DNA of 64,000 nt from a bacterium (GCA_965209155.1 OZ242383.1:3168001-3232000); one strand, 5' to 3'. Numbered from the stretch's first letter, positions 44,720 through 56,028 are shown. The notes: generated by a model from the sequence alone, not told the origin. Numbers and translations: made by a program.

Positions 44720-44883
44720 AACGGTGTGGGATAGTCTAAGTGACTGAATTCACAAGAATAATTGATTGACAGAGGAAGTTTCGACAGGTTTTGAAAAGAT
44801 CGCAGAGTGGGGCCAAATGGCCCCATGCTACCGTGGATTTTCAGGGTAACCTACTGAAATATAAGGAAAAATTAAAACTGGGG

Positions 44884-47800
44884 TCATTTCGCCACATTAT
44901 GGGGCTCAAACACCCCATAACTCCTCATCTTTTTAAAAAGTGTCTTTCGGTCAATGCCAAGCTTAGAAGCAACTTTGGAGCGGTTCCAATGGTACCTTTC
45001 CAATTGCTTCAGGATATATTCTCTTTCGAAATGCCCTATCGCGTCTCGGAGCAACTCTTCATTTGGCCGGATCGGTTCGAATTTCATCTCCGGCGAAGGG
45101 ACCGGCGCTTTTAAAGGGGCTCCCAGAAAATCCAGCCTCTTCAAGGAAACGTAGCGGTGCAACGTATTTTGGAGTTCTCTCACATTGCCCGGCCAATCAT
45201 AGGAAGTCAGAGCTTCCATGACAGCGACGGTGATTGTGGGCAGGTTCTTTGAGGGGGGGTGATTTTGCATAAAATGCTCGATCAAAAGGGGGATATCCTC
45301 TTTACGTTCCCTGAGAGGCGGCAAGTGAATGGGGATAATGTGGATGCGGTAGAGGAAATCCTCCCGCATCAATCCCTTTTTCACCTGTTCTTTTAAATCT
45401 TTATTGGTGGCGGCAATGACGCGAAAATCGGAGATTTCCGCTTCAAGTCCGCCTACTGGCGTGAACCCTCCGCCCTCAATAGCACGCAGCAGTTTGGCTT
45501 GCAGATTGGGGCCGATTTCACCCAATTCATCCAGGAAAAGCGTGCCTTTGTCTGCCTGTTGGAGCAGGCCGCGCTTATCCATGTTGGCTCCGGTAAAGGC
45601 CCCTTTTTTGTAGCCGAAAAACTCGCTTTCCAAGAGGGTTTCCGCAACGCCGCCGGCGTTGACAGCAACAAAGGGTTTTTCTTTTCTATCACTCATCTTA
45701 TGGATGGCTTCAGCCACCAATTCTTTACCGGTCCCTGATTCACCATAGACAATGACACCCGCATCGCTAGCCGCCGCCTTTAAGATCAATTCATAAATCT
45801 TTTGCATCACGGGGCTTTTGCCGATGATCTTTCCGAAGCGGTAACGCTCCTTAATTTTGACCTTCAGGCGGACATTCTCCTCACGCAAGGAGGTTTCGCT
45901 CTCTTTCAGTTCGTCCATTGCCTTTTTAAGGTTTTCGTGAAGCCTGGCATTTTCCAGGGAAATAGCGATCTGGGAGCTAAGGTGCTTGATCACCTCGAGT
46001 TGCCGGGAAGTGAAGGCCCCCTCAACCAGGTTATTTTCCAGGTAAATGGTGCCGCTCAAGGCGGAGTGATGAATTATCGGTGCGCACAGGATGGATTTAG
46101 GACGCTCCCTCTGGATATAATCATCCATGGCAAACCGTTCCTCGCGAGCGGCATTGTCCAAAACCAGGTGTTCCCGGGTTTGTTTCACCCAGGAGATGAC
46201 CGAGAGGGAGAGGGATTGGACCTTTTCCACAGGCAGGGAAAGCGGCAGGAAATATTCGACCTGCTCGGCGCTCCCGCGGGCAGCGATAAGAGACTGACCT
46301 TCGGTTTCCAGTATCAGGGCTGCTGTCTGGGCCCCGGCATTTTCTATGAGAATGCGGAGCAGGATCTCCAGCAGTGGTTCCAATTCGAGGATACTGGAGA
46401 TGGCCTCCGAGGCTTTGAGAATCGTCCCTAGATCCAGGTTGGCCGAAGGAGACGCCGCTTCAGCACGATCATCGGCAATCAGCCCGGGATATCGAGACTT
46501 CAGGTGGGCAACCTTCCGTTTTGCCCCCCAGGCTTCGTATTTTTCCATTGATGAGCGCAGGTAAGAGCCGGCGGCGACGTTCTGCCCCTGGTTGAGCAAG
46601 TACCTGGCTGCCAGTTCATTGGCCAGGGCTTCCTCGTGGATAAACTCGCTCTCTCTGGCCAAAGCGATGGCCTGGTCATAGTGGTGCATAATGGTATCGG
46701 GTTCACCCTCCAGAACCCGCATCCGCTCGGCTTCCACCAAGTGGTATTTATGCAAATAATTGGGCGGTGCGCAGCGCGCCAGTTTTTCCAATGTATCCTG
46801 ATGTTCATGGACTTGGGTGAGGATCTCCTCCTTTTCCCTGTCAGGCACCTGGCCGTAAACCGCGAGGAGAGCGAGGGATCGGTAGCAGTTGGCCAGGGGA
46901 TCAACAAGGGAATCCTTGTAGGTTTTCATCAGGTTGATCATTTCAAAAACCGTCTCCCGGGCTGCTTCGTATTCTCCAAACAGAGTTTGCAGCACCAGCT
47001 TTTGGTAATTAAAATGGCTCTGTTCATAATATGAGTACTCCGTGCTTGTCACCCTGTGGTATTGATCCATGATGCCGCTCGACAAGGTCGCAGGTTCCTC
47101 CATCAGAACCATGACCGTCTTCATCAGCATTTCGACCCGGGGAGACCCGAGAATATAATCGATCTTCTTGAGAGCAAGCTTCAGCGTCGATAATTCCCCT
47201 TTCAGCCAATTCAGCTCTTTCCCGCACATAAAGGCAATCTGACATCTTATGACAGCGCTTTGACCGGCATTGAAGAAATCTCCCGTTTCGATTCCCATCT
47301 GATGAGCTTCCAGCAAGGGATCCAATGACGCTGATAACGGCTCCTGGTAGAACCGGGTCGCGGTGTTGAAAGCAAAGGAAACTCTACCGTTTATTTCCTT
47401 CAGAGCAAGCGCTTCCATGAGCTGTATGCTCAGACGACCGAGTTCATAACCAAATTCAAAATCCTGCATAAACTGGCAATATATTATTCCAAGTTGACAA
47501 TAGAATTCGGGTGAATGTTTCGGATGAAAATGATTCAGCAGTAAAGAGATGCGTTTTGCAGCGATGGGCTGCCAAAGACCGCCATCCAAAGCAACCCCAG
47601 TCTCGCCATAGGCCATATGGATATCATAGAGGATATGGACAAGGACCTCGGCATCCGGTTGGGTGAGCGGCTCAAAGCGCATCACGTCCGCGACGCTTTT
47701 ACCGGCCAGGCTGGATTTGATTTGAGCGAGGGTCTGCTGCCACTGGTCTAAAGACAAACGGCTGAGTTGACACCCCAATTTCTTCAGAATTTCCGCGCCC

Positions 47801-50697
47801 GTTTCCATAGCCTTCTTTATTTCACCCCGGGTGGTGTACGCCTTGATCCGGCATCGATAAACATTGGCCAGGTCAAGGTCCTCTCGGGCGTTGTCTTTTA
47901 CGGCACCCGCCAGCTTCTCCATCAGGTCTGACCGGCCGCAGAGCCATGACATCTCTGTGGCCTCCTCATGCAGGGATAAGGCCAGGGGGTATTGTCGTTT
48001 CCAGGCGGCTTCTGAAAGCTCCAGGCCGATGGTAAAATATTCCAGGGCTTGTTCAAAAGCCGAAGCCGCTCTGGCCTTAAGACCGGCTTCCAGGTTGAGT
48101 TCTGCCAGGTGCGATCGTTCTTTCCATTTATCCTTCACCCTCCGGGCCAGGTTGAGATGGTGGACGATGTCAAAAAGCAGATCTTCACCTTTCTCCGGAG
48201 AGTATTGCTTGTGCAGGGTCTGACCGATTTGAAGATGGACCGGCTGTTTCTCCTTTTGCGCGATGAGGGCATAGGCGGCCTGCTGCACCCGGTCATGCAG
48301 GAATTTGTAGCTGCCACCCTCCGCGCTCGCTCCGGCCAGAGGATTATCCAGCTCCGGGGCCCGGGAAAAACCGAGAATCAACCCGGTTTCCAGGGCCGGC
48401 AACAGGTTCTCATAGATCTCCCCGCTTCCGGCTCCGCTGATGAGTCCCAACGATTCCAGGTCAAAGGTATTGCCGATACAGGCCGCCAGGCTTAAGAGTC
48501 GCCTGGTTTCAGAGGAAAACCGGTGGAGCCGGTCAATCAGCAAATCCACCACATTCTCGGTCACCGCCAGGAACTCGATGGCAGCCAGCTCCCAGATCCA
48601 TCGTTTTTCCTCAGGGGAGTAGTGGATCAGGTTCTTCTCGGAGAGTAGGGTTAAAAACTGGCTCACAAAGAAGGGATTGCCGCCGGTTTTGCGCACCAGG
48701 ACCTCGGCCAGCGGTTTGGCCTCCTCGGGAAGGCAGTGGCAGGTATGGACGAGCAGTTGTGAGATATCCTCCGGGTTCAGGGGCTTTAAGGGGATTATTT
48801 GCACAGGCAGACCTGATTTTTTGATCACCTCACGACTGATCGTCAACCGATGATCGGCCTCCACCTCGTTGTTGCGATAGGCTCCCAGGAAAAGCAGAGG
48901 TTTCCTCTCCGGATCCTGAGCAATGCGTTCCACCAGCTTGAGGGTATCGGCATCCACCCACTGCAAGTCGTCCAGAAAAATAACCAGGGGATGGGTTTTT
49001 TCACAGAAAACAGAGATGAACTCCAGTAAAACGGTAGTGAAGCGGTTGCGGGCCTCCTGCGCTCCCATTTCCGGTAGCGGGGGTTGCGGGCCGATCACCT
49101 GCTCCAATTCCGGGATCACCCGGGTCACCAGTTGTCCGTTGGGTCCCAGGGCAGTCCGTATCCTGCTTTTCCAACGCTCCATTTCGGATTTGTCTTCGGC
49201 CGATATTTCCCGGATGAGTCCCCGCAGCGCCTGGATCAGGGCGCTGTAGGGGATATTGTGCCGGAGCTGGTCAAACTTGCCGGAGATGAAGAAGCCGTTT
49301 TTTTGGGCAACGGACTTATAGATTTCACCGACCAGGGCGGTTTTACCGACACCTGCGGATCCCGAGATCAGCACCATCTCGGTCGCTCCTTGGCTGACTC
49401 GCTCCAGGGCAGCCTCCAGAGCGGTGATTTCATCCTCCCGGCCGTAAAGCCCCGGGGCGATCTGCAATTCTTTGGGAACGTCCTGGCGGCCCAGGGGAAA
49501 GTCGATCAGGCTCCCCTGTTTTTCGAACTGCTCCACACATGTCAGCAGATCGGCTGAAAGGCCCGAGTGACTCTGGTAGCGCGCCTCGGCACGCTTGGCC
49601 ATCAGTTTCATCACCAGGCGGGAAAGGGTTTTGGGCACCTGCGGCGCCACCTGGTCCAGGGGTACGGGTTGCCGGGCAATGTGAGCGTGGATGATTTCCA
49701 TGGTCTCCCGGGACCCAAAAGGCACTCTCCCACTGAAAAGTTCGTAAAGGGTGGCCCCCAGGGAATAAAAATCACTGCGATAATCAAGCGGGCGGTTCAT
49801 CCGACCGGTCTGCTCAGGAGAGATATAGGACAGGGTTTCCTCGCTAAGCTGAGGATTCAACGTCGTCGAATTTTCCCGGTGAAGCCGGGTGGCCAGGCCG
49901 AAGCCGGTCAGTTTGACCGTTCCCGTTGCCGGATCGACAAAAATATTGAACGGATTGATCATTTTATGCAAGATGCCCTGCCGGTGCGCTTCTTTCAGAA
50001 TACCGGTCAGAGAAAGCGCTACCTTCAGCGAGTCCAGCAGCTCGAACCGGGCGGCATCCATCAGATTTCTTAAAGGGAGCCCTTCCGTGTTTTCCAGGAT
50101 CAAAGCCCATCCGTTTTCACACTGCACCAGTTCCCGTGATTTGAGGACCCCATCGATCTTAAGAGCCTGAGTGATCTCATGCTCATGCCGCATTTCCGCC
50201 AGCTCCTGCGCGCTCTGCTGAGGGGAAGCCGATCCCTTGATCAGGACCGAAAGCTCATCGCTTTGCCGCCTGCCGCGCCAAAGCCTGGTCCGACTGCTTT
50301 CAAAAATGACCTCCTCCAGCGAGTAACCCGGAATCTCTGCATTTTCCCCACTGGAAACCAAGTTCGTGTTGTTCACAACCGGTTTTGGAGGTACAGGAGA
50401 CAATTTATCGTTTTGATCTCCTTTTTTATTCTTCGTATCCGCCGGATCACGACCCAGGACCACCTCATGCAGCAGGTTCCTGGCAATGTGGCGGGCTTCT
50501 TTGGCGGTCAAAATCCCATGCGTGCCAATGGTATAGCGCCTCAGGCGTCCCTTGATGCGATATTGCAGGAGATAAACCCGTCTGCCCTTGGGGGTTATTT
50601 TACAGCCGAACATCGGCAGCTCCGTATCCCAAAGGAAGCGGTCTTTTCTCTCGCATGACAGATTTTCGACGGAATGCTTGCTGATTTTACCTTTCAT
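44884..50697 (-). CDS. Integrase arm-binding domain / Ser-Thr pseudokinase / STAND AAA ATPase / TPR-like / GAF / sigma54 activator / Fis-HTH fusion, 1937 aa
   Basis: FLWDTELPMFG..ITPKGRRVYLLQYR..GRLRRYTIG (arm domain); YISPEQTGRMNR; GSAGVGKT and LDDLQW; GAF (IYLEN); GESGTGKE, GAFTGA, WPGNVREL; C-terminal HTH. Confidence 0.92.
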   Translation of the reverse strand: MKGKISKHSVENLSCERKDRFLWDTELPMFGCKITPKGRRVYLLQYRIKGRLRRYTIGTHGILTAKEARHIARNLLHEVVLGRDPADTKNKKGDQNDKLSPVPPKPVVNNTNLVSSGENAEIPGYSLEEVIFESSRTRLWRGRRQSDELSVLIKGSASPQQSAQELAEMRHEHEITQALKIDGVLKSRELVQCENGWALILENTEGLPLRNLMDAARFELLDSLKVALSLTGILKEAHRQGILHKMINPFNIFVDPATGTVKLTGFGLATRLHRENSTTLNPQLSEETLSYISPEQTGRMNRPLDYRSDFYSLGATLYELFSGRVPFGSRETMEIIHAHIARQPVPLDQVAPQVPKTLSRLVMKLMAKRAEARYQSHSGLSADLLTCVEQFEKQGSLIDFPLGRQDVPKELQIAPGLYGREDEITALEAALERVSQGATEMVLISGSAGVGKTALVGEIYKSVAQKNGFFISGKFDQLRHNIPYSALIQALRGLIREISAEDKSEMERWKSRIRTALGPNGQLVTRVIPELEQVIGPQPPLPEMGAQEARNRFTTVLLEFISVFCEKTHPLVIFLDDLQWVDADTLKLVERIAQDPERKPLLFLGAYRNNEVEADHRLTISREVIKKSGLPVQIIPLKPLNPEDISQLLVHTCHCLPEEAKPLAEVLVRKTGGNPFFVSQFLTLLSEKNLIHYSPEEKRWIWELAAIEFLAVTENVVDLLIDRLHRFSSETRRLLSLAACIGNTFDLESLGLISGAGSGEIYENLLPALETGLILGFSRAPELDNPLAGASAEGGSYKFLHDRVQQAAYALIAQKEKQPVHLQIGQTLHKQYSPEKGEDLLFDIVHHLNLARRVKDKWKERSHLAELNLEAGLKARAASAFEQALEYFTIGLELSEAAWKRQYPLALSLHEEATEMSWLCGRSDLMEKLAGAVKDNAREDLDLANVYRCRIKAYTTRGEIKKAMETGAEILKKLGCQLSRLSLDQWQQTLAQIKSSLAGKSVADVMRFEPLTQPDAEVLVHILYDIHMAYGETGVALDGGLWQPIAAKRISLLLNHFHPKHSPEFYCQLGIIYCQFMQDFEFGYELGRLSIQLMEALALKEINGRVSFAFNTATRFYQEPLSASLDPLLEAHQMGIETGDFFNAGQSAVIRCQIAFMCGKELNWLKGELSTLKLALKKIDYILGSPRVEMLMKTVMVLMEEPATLSSGIMDQYHRVTSTEYSYYEQSHFNYQKLVLQTLFGEYEAARETVFEMINLMKTYKDSLVDPLANCYRSLALLAVYGQVPDREKEEILTQVHEHQDTLEKLARCAPPNYLHKYHLVEAERMRVLEGEPDTIMHHYDQAIALARESEFIHEEALANELAARYLLNQGQNVAAGSYLRSSMEKYEAWGAKRKVAHLKSRYPGLIADDRAEAASPSANLDLGTILKASEAISSILELEPLLEILLRILIENAGAQTAALILETEGQSLIAARGSAEQVEYFLPLSLPVEKVQSLSLSVISWVKQTREHLVLDNAAREERFAMDDYIQRERPKSILCAPIIHHSALSGTIYLENNLVEGAFTSRQLEVIKHLSSQIAISLENARLHENLKKAMDELKESETSLREENVRLKVKIKERYRFGKIIGKSPVMQKIYELILKAAASDAGVIVYGESGTGKELVAEAIHKMSDRKEKPFVAVNAGGVAETLLESEFFGYKKGAFTGANMDKRGLLQQADKGTLFLDELGEIGPNLQAKLLRAIEGGGFTPVGGLEAEISDFRVIAATNKDLKEQVKKGLMREDFLYRIHIIPIHLPPLRERKEDIPLLIEHFMQNHPPSKNLPTITVAVMEALTSYDWPGNVRELQNTLHRYVSLKRLDFLGAPLKAPVPSPEMKFEPIRPNEELLRDAIGHFEREYILKQLERYHWNRSKVASKLGIDRKTLFKKMRSYGVFEPHNVAK

Positions 50698-51001
50698 CGT
50701 CCTCCTGCCATTATAAATATCAAATAGAAATCAATGATGTTGCTTGACGCATCGATTCCACATGACTCATCGGGCAATGTCACCGATGTTGAAAAGGGAC
50801 AGTAATAAAATAGCAATCAATAGTCAACAGAATTATTTATCAAAGAGAATCCAGAAACGTCACTGCTGCTGAAAAGGGACAGCAATCAAATAACATGATT
50901 GTGAAAAGGGGTCCGCTCGTCAAAAACGTTGGATTTGTGGGATATCATGTCAAAGGGAATGTTTGATCAAACGAGGTGCGAATACTTCAAACTCAAAAAA
51001 T

Positions 51002-51376
51002 TCATCGTTTCAGCCATTCTTGAAAGCCTATAAGCCAAATTCCCAGGACGTTGATCAAGCATAAAAATACTGCTGCGCTTCCTAAATCCTTAGCCCGTTT
51101 TGATAGAGGGTGTTGATCCAAAGAAACACGATCCACAATCGCTTCAATAGCAGAATTGAGAATTTCAACAATCAATACCAGGAGCACACTGCCAACCATC
51201 ATGGCTCTCATAGAAAAGTTGATTGAAAGAAAAAAAGGAATTGGAATCATCAAACAGGCAAGAATCAATTCCAGTCGGAAAGCCGCTTCATTCTGAAAAG
51301 CTGCTTTTAAACCATCCCAAGAATAGAAAAAAGCTCTGCAAATTCTTAAAATTCCATTATTTTCATTTTTTTTCAT
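51002..51376 (-). CDS. dgkA: Diacylglycerol kinase
   Basis: EAAFRLE, EILNSAIEAIVDR, AKDLGSAAV. Confidence 0.95.
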   Translation of the reverse strand: MKKNENNGILRICRAFFYSWDGLKAAFQNEAAFRLELILACLMIPIPFFLSINFSMRAMMVGSVLLVLIVEILNSAIEAIVDRVSLDQHPLSKRAKDLGSAAVFLCLINVLGIWLIGFQEWLKR

Positions 51377-51434
51377 GGAACAAATTCAATATCAATTCAG
51401 CTTTCGTACTCAGAAGTTCAACGACGATTTTAAT

Positions 51435-51996
51435 TAATCTCATTAAACCACCAGCTCTGCTGGTGCGAACCTAATAGGCTTTGCCGGTCAGACATGAGAA
51501 ACGTATCCGTGTCCGTTAGCCGTGCTCGTGCTCGTGAACGGTCAGTGAATTCGACGGCACATTTTGGTTAACATAGAAACAATGCGATGAAGTAACTGTT
51601 TCCCTTCGTCAAATAAAGGAGGCTGGATGATCTTCAACACGTTTAAAACATCGAGAATAGCAGCGCATTCCATTGCGGAACCTCGGTCAAATGCATAGAA
51701 TCGTTGCTTGTCAGGAAAGGAATTTTTTCCACAGCCTTCTGCGATATTGAGAGGAATCGACCATGAGGTCCTTTTCAGTTGGTCAACTCAGGCTGAGTAT
51801 CCTTTTGGCAATGTTTCGATGACTTGGACAGATAACGCTAAAAATTCGATGGAACATTGGTATACCTCGAGTTTTTCATGATCTGACATGGCAGCCTTTT
51901 TCGTTCACGAGCACGAGCACGTCTTACGATGACGAACACGTTTTGCCCTCATCCTGGGGGCCTCTTCAAGCCACCGGCTCTGCCGGTGGTGATGAC
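51435..51996 (+). mobile_element. IS200-like four-helix-bundle element, copy 2 (562 bp)
   Basis: Near-identical to copy 1; follows TTAAT; lies 20 bp from the selC 3' end. Confidence 0.85.
51542..51889 (-). pseudogene. Four-helix-bundle gene with premature stop
   Basis: Leu TTA of copies 1 and 3 is TGA here (plus-strand tca at 51788-51790). Confidence 0.88.
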
Positions 51997-52016
51997 TTTA
52001 TGATCCACAAATCCGA

Positions 52017-52115
52017 TGGCGGAGATGTGTGAGAATCGAACTCACCTGTGACAGTGTTAGTGCCACACACGCGGGTTTGAAGCCCGGGGCGCCCACCAGT
52101 GACGCATCCATCTCC
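52017..52115 (-). tRNA. selC: tRNA-Sec(UCA)
   Basis: GGAGATGG...CATCTCCGCCA, anticodon loop CTTCAAA, long variable arm, 8/5-type fold. Confidence 0.9.
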
Positions 52116-52228
52116 CTGAAATCGAAATTGGAATAAAAAAACAAATTTTGAATCCGGCGTCAGCCCCCATCTATTCTTCGATGGGAAACGTTGACATCAT
52201 TTTCTCCGCAGGAAACATCGTTTTCAAG

Positions 52229-53815
52229 TTAAAATCCGACGGCCTGTCCGTCTTTGCGTGGTTCGCTGGCAGCCAGGTAGCCATCCTCGAGCTTCCAAAC
52301 GCACTGTCCCCCTCCAAAATTCGGTCCAATGGGATGAATGGTAATTTGGTGGCCACGGTCCTTTAAATCGTCAAGGGTGGTAGGTTCGATCCCCTCTTCC
52401 ATCCAGATATCATCGGGTCTATTGATCATCCAGCGAGGAGCGTCCAGCGCCATTTGAGGATTCTGTTTCCAGAATGTGAATCGTAACACCATTTGCAAGT
52501 GTCCCTGGGCTTGCATGTGTCCTCCCATAACGCCAAAAGCAGAACGGGGCCGGTTATCCTGGTAAATCATCGCAGGAATGATTGTATGCAGGGGGCGTTT
52601 CCCGCCGTCAACACAATTGGGGTGATTTTTATCGAGTACAAAACATGCACCGCGGTTTTGCAGGCTGATTCCGGTTTCTGGAACGACCACCCCCGAGCCA
52701 AAACCGGCAAAATTCGATTGAATGAAAGATACCATCATCCCGCCCTGGTCCCCACAGCAAAGATAGACCGTTCCCCCTGGTAAAGGAACGCCGGTTTGAG
52801 GAAAACCGGCTTGTTTCATGTTGATTTGCTGTGCTCTTTGCTTCAAGTAGTCGGGGTCCAGCAACGATTGTGGCGGAATCTGCATGAATGCCGGGTCGGA
52901 TACATGGGAATGCAAGTCGGCAAATGCCAGCTTCATGGCTTCCAACTGGATGTGAAGGGCATCAGACGACTCGGGATTCAAACTTTCCAGATTAAAGTAC
53001 CGGCAAATTCCGAGAGCAATCAAAGCGGCCAATCCCTGGCCATTGGGTGGAAGTTCATAAAGATCGAAATTTTGGACATCAATAGAAAGAGGCGAGACCC
53101 ACTCAACCCGATGCGAATGCAGATCTTCGAGTTCCATGGCGCCTCCCTGGGCTTTGCTGTGGGCAATAATCTTTTCAGCCAGATCTCCATGATAAAATGC
53201 TTCTCCCTTCGATTCAGAAATTTTATGTAAAGTTTCTGCAATATAGGGATTTTTAAAAAGTTCTCCAGCTCGAGGGGCGCGTCCTCCAGGGGCAAAAGTT
53301 GACAATAAATCTTCACGATCATTAAAATGGTCGACTTGTAACGCCCAACTGCTGGCGGTCACTGGCGAGACGAGAAATCCCTCCCGAGCGTAGCGAATGG
53401 CAGGTTCGAATAAGTCGGCAAACTCGAGTTTTCCATAGTTCCGGGAGCATTCAACCCAAGCCGAAACCGCTCCGGGAACCGTGACCGTATCCCAGCCATT
53501 ATGGGGCATCGTCGAATATTCAGAAAAATATTTCCTGGACCATTTCTTGGGACTTTTGCCAGAGGCATTCAATCCAATCAGTTGATCTCCTTGATTGAAC
53601 AAAACGAAGGCATCACCCCCGATGCCATTGGAAGTGGGTTCGACAACCGTAAGAGTTATTGCAGCCGCCAATGCGGCGTCCATTGCGTTTCCACCACGGT
53701 GGAGCATTTCCAGACCGGCTTGGGCTGCGAGAGGTTGTGAAGTGGTAACGACGTTTTTAGCAAGTACAGGTCGACGAGTGGAGGGATAAAGTTGATTCCA
53801 GAAGTTGGCAGTCAT
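52229..53815 (-). CDS. ggt: Gamma-glutamyltransferase family protein
   Basis: GGNAMDAA, GIGGD, GTVY (Thr nucleophile), QNRG, LHTIIP, GVMGG. Confidence 0.93.
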   Translation of the reverse strand: MTANFWNQLYPSTRRPVLAKNVVTTSQPLAAQAGLEMLHRGGNAMDAALAAAITLTVVEPTSNGIGGDAFVLFNQGDQLIGLNASGKSPKKWSRKYFSEYSTMPHNGWDTVTVPGAVSAWVECSRNYGKLEFADLFEPAIRYAREGFLVSPVTASSWALQVDHFNDREDLLSTFAPGGRAPRAGELFKNPYIAETLHKISESKGEAFYHGDLAEKIIAHSKAQGGAMELEDLHSHRVEWVSPLSIDVQNFDLYELPPNGQGLAALIALGICRYFNLESLNPESSDALHIQLEAMKLAFADLHSHVSDPAFMQIPPQSLLDPDYLKQRAQQINMKQAGFPQTGVPLPGGTVYLCCGDQGGMMVSFIQSNFAGFGSGVVVPETGISLQNRGACFVLDKNHPNCVDGGKRPLHTIIPAMIYQDNRPRSAFGVMGGHMQAQGHLQMVLRFTFWKQNPQMALDAPRWMINRPDDIWMEEGIEPTTLDDLKDRGHQITIHPIGPNFGGGQCVWKLEDGYLAASEPRKDGQAVGF

Positions 53816-54288
53816 GTTCGTTAATTGATAGTAGTTGTTCGTTTCAAGCAACCGCTTTCATGCTTCGTGAAGGAGGCGATGTTTTCCGTAGACCGTCCGA
53901 GTTCGATGAGAAATTCATCATTTAAATTCTTATAATTTTTTACAGGCTTGACTAAAAATCTCTTGCTTCCATAGAAAAAAGGGGTTCAACGATTATTCAC
54001 AAAAAGGAATGTTTTTTCTCAAACGTATTGGCTGAAAAAGTAGCACCGATGAAATCTTTTATCAACGAGAATCACCCCTCGAAATTTTTCGGAGGTTTTG
54101 TTTTTTCCAATTGAAATAGCTGCTGATTGTTTAACCTTCAATACCAAAACAAGACGAGGCGTATTTCCATTCTTCAGCAGGATCTTGATTTTGATCTGTC
54201 AACTTCCAACTAAATTGAGTAAATATATAACATTGTTGACGTTATGAAGGTTCATAGCCGATTGAAAGACTGAATAGAAGGTGAAACC

Positions 54289-55896
54289 ATGAGAGAGTTT
54301 TATTTCCAACCAATGTTTGAAGAAATGGAGGATACTACGGAGTATAGAAAAATCTCCGGGAATTACGTCTCCACACAACCTTTCGGGAACCAGGAAATGT
54401 TAATGGTGGACAGCAAAGGGCTGGAGATTCTGGCAAAAGAAGCCTTGGACGATGTCTCTCATTTGCTGCGCAGTTCTCATCTGGAAATGCTGGAGAGGAT
54501 CCTCAAGGATCCGGAAGCATCTTCCAATGACAAGTTCGTAGCAATGGAACTTTTAAAAAATGCAATCATCGCAGCCGAAAGAGTTTTTCCATCTTGTCAA
54601 GATACCGGAACTGCTATCGTAATGGCCAATAAAGGAGAAATGGTCCATGTGTACGGTGATGATGAGGAAGCCTTGTCCCGGGGGATTTATGCAACTTTCC
54701 AGGATCGCAATCTTCGATTTTCCCAATTAGCCCCGCTTTCCATGTATGATGAAAAAAATACCGGAAATAATTTGCCTGCCCAGATTGATCTGCTGAGTAA
54801 GAAAGGCGACAGCTATGAATTTTTATTTATTGCCAAAGGAGGTGGCAGCGCCAATAAGTCTTTCCTGTATCAGAAAACCAAATCATTGCTGAATCCTCAG
54901 TCGATGGAACGATTCGTCAAAGAATCTTTGAATAGTTTGGGTACCGCGGCCTGTCCGCCTTACCACCTGGCCCTGGTGATTGGCGGACCCTCTGCAGAAT
55001 CCAATTTAAAGACAGTCAAACTGGCTTCCTGCGGTTATTACGATAACCTGTCTGAGACGGGCAATATCCATGGCCGCGCATTCCGGGACAAGGAATTCGA
55101 GACGATAGTGGAAAAATGGGCTCGGGAAGGGGGTATCGGAGCTCAGTTTGGGGGTAAATATTTTGTACACGACGTGAGAGTCATCCGTATGCCTCGCCAT
55201 GGCGCTTCCTGTCCTGTTGGCATCGGCGTGAGCTGTGCGGCAGACCGACAAATCAAAGGAAAGATCAATAAGGACGGAATTTTTCTGGAACAACTGGAAA
55301 GCGACCCGGCTCGTTTTTTGCCCGCAGATCTCACCGATCTGGAAAAAGAAGAAGCCATAGTCATTGATTTGAATCAACCGATGGAAGAGATCCGCAAGAC
55401 ACTCAGAAGCTTGAAAGTGGCTACCAGAATCATACTCAACGGACCCATGATTGTTGCCCGCGATATAGCCCATGCCAAACTTAAAGAAGGTCTGGACCGA
55501 GGAGAAGGATTACCTGAATATTTTAAAGAATTTCCCGTATATTATGCAGGGCCCGCAAAAACACCAAAAGGTTATCCTTCAGGAAGTTTCGGCCCCACCA
55601 CTTCGCAACGAATGGACCCTTATGTGCCGGTTTTCCAAAAGGAAGGGGGGTCTTTGGTCATGTTGGGTAAAGGGAATCGCAGTCCTTTGGTTACTAAAAG
55701 TTGTAAAAAATATGGCGGTTTTTACCTGGGTTCCATCGGAGGACCTGCTGCTCGCTTGGGGAGGGATTGTATTAAAAAAGTAACCATCCAGGAATTTGAG
55801 GAATTGGGTATGGAAGCAATTTGGAAAATCGAAGTGGAAAATTTTCCCGCCTTCATCATTTGCGATGATAAAGGGAACGATTTTTTCAGAAATTGA
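54289..55896 (+). CDS. fumA: Class I (Fe-S) fumarate hydratase
   Basis: [31 protein letters not shown]. Confidence 0.95.
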   Translation: MREFYFQPMFEEMEDTTEYRKISGNYVSTQPFGNQEMLMVDSKGLEILAKEALDDVSHLLRSSHLEMLERILKDPEASSNDKFVAMELLKNAIIAAERVFPSCQDTGTAIVMANKGEMVHVYGDDEEALSRGIYATFQDRNLRFSQLAPLSMYDEKNTGNNLPAQIDLLSKKGDSYEFLFIAKGGGSANKSFLYQKTKSLLNPQSMERFVKESLNSLGTAACPPYHLALVIGGPSAESNLKTVKLASCGYYDNLSETGNIHGRAFRDKEFETIVEKWAREGGIGAQFGGKYFVHDVRVIRMPRHGASCPVGIGVSCAADRQIKGKINKDGIFLEQLESDPARFLPADLTDLEKEEAIVIDLNQPMEEIRKTLRSLKVATRIILNGPMIVARDIAHAKLKEGLDRGEGLPEYFKEFPVYYAGPAKTPKGYPSGSFGPTTSQRMDPYVPVFQKEGGSLVMLGKGNRSPLVTKSCKKYGGFYLGSIGGPAARLGRDCIKKVTIQEFEELGMEAIWKIEVENFPAFIICDDKGNDFFRN

Positions 55897-55967
55897 AATA
55901 AGGTAAGCTGAGTTCGCCATTACTCATCAATCACAGGAGTATCCTGGTGTCTATGCCATCCTCGCTC

Positions 55968-56028
55968 AATCCCGGATCATCCTGATCCCGGATCATCCCG
56001 GACTAGATCCGGGACCAGGATGATCCCC
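55968..56028. repeat. REP-like nested palindrome
   Basis: GGATCATCCTGATCCCGGATC...GATCCGGGACCAGGATGATCC. Confidence 0.55.

Noticed and set aside
51788..51790. In-frame TGA near selC read as selenocysteine
   Set aside because: It replaces a Leu codon, not Cys, and no SECIS was evident; a nonsense mutation is simpler.
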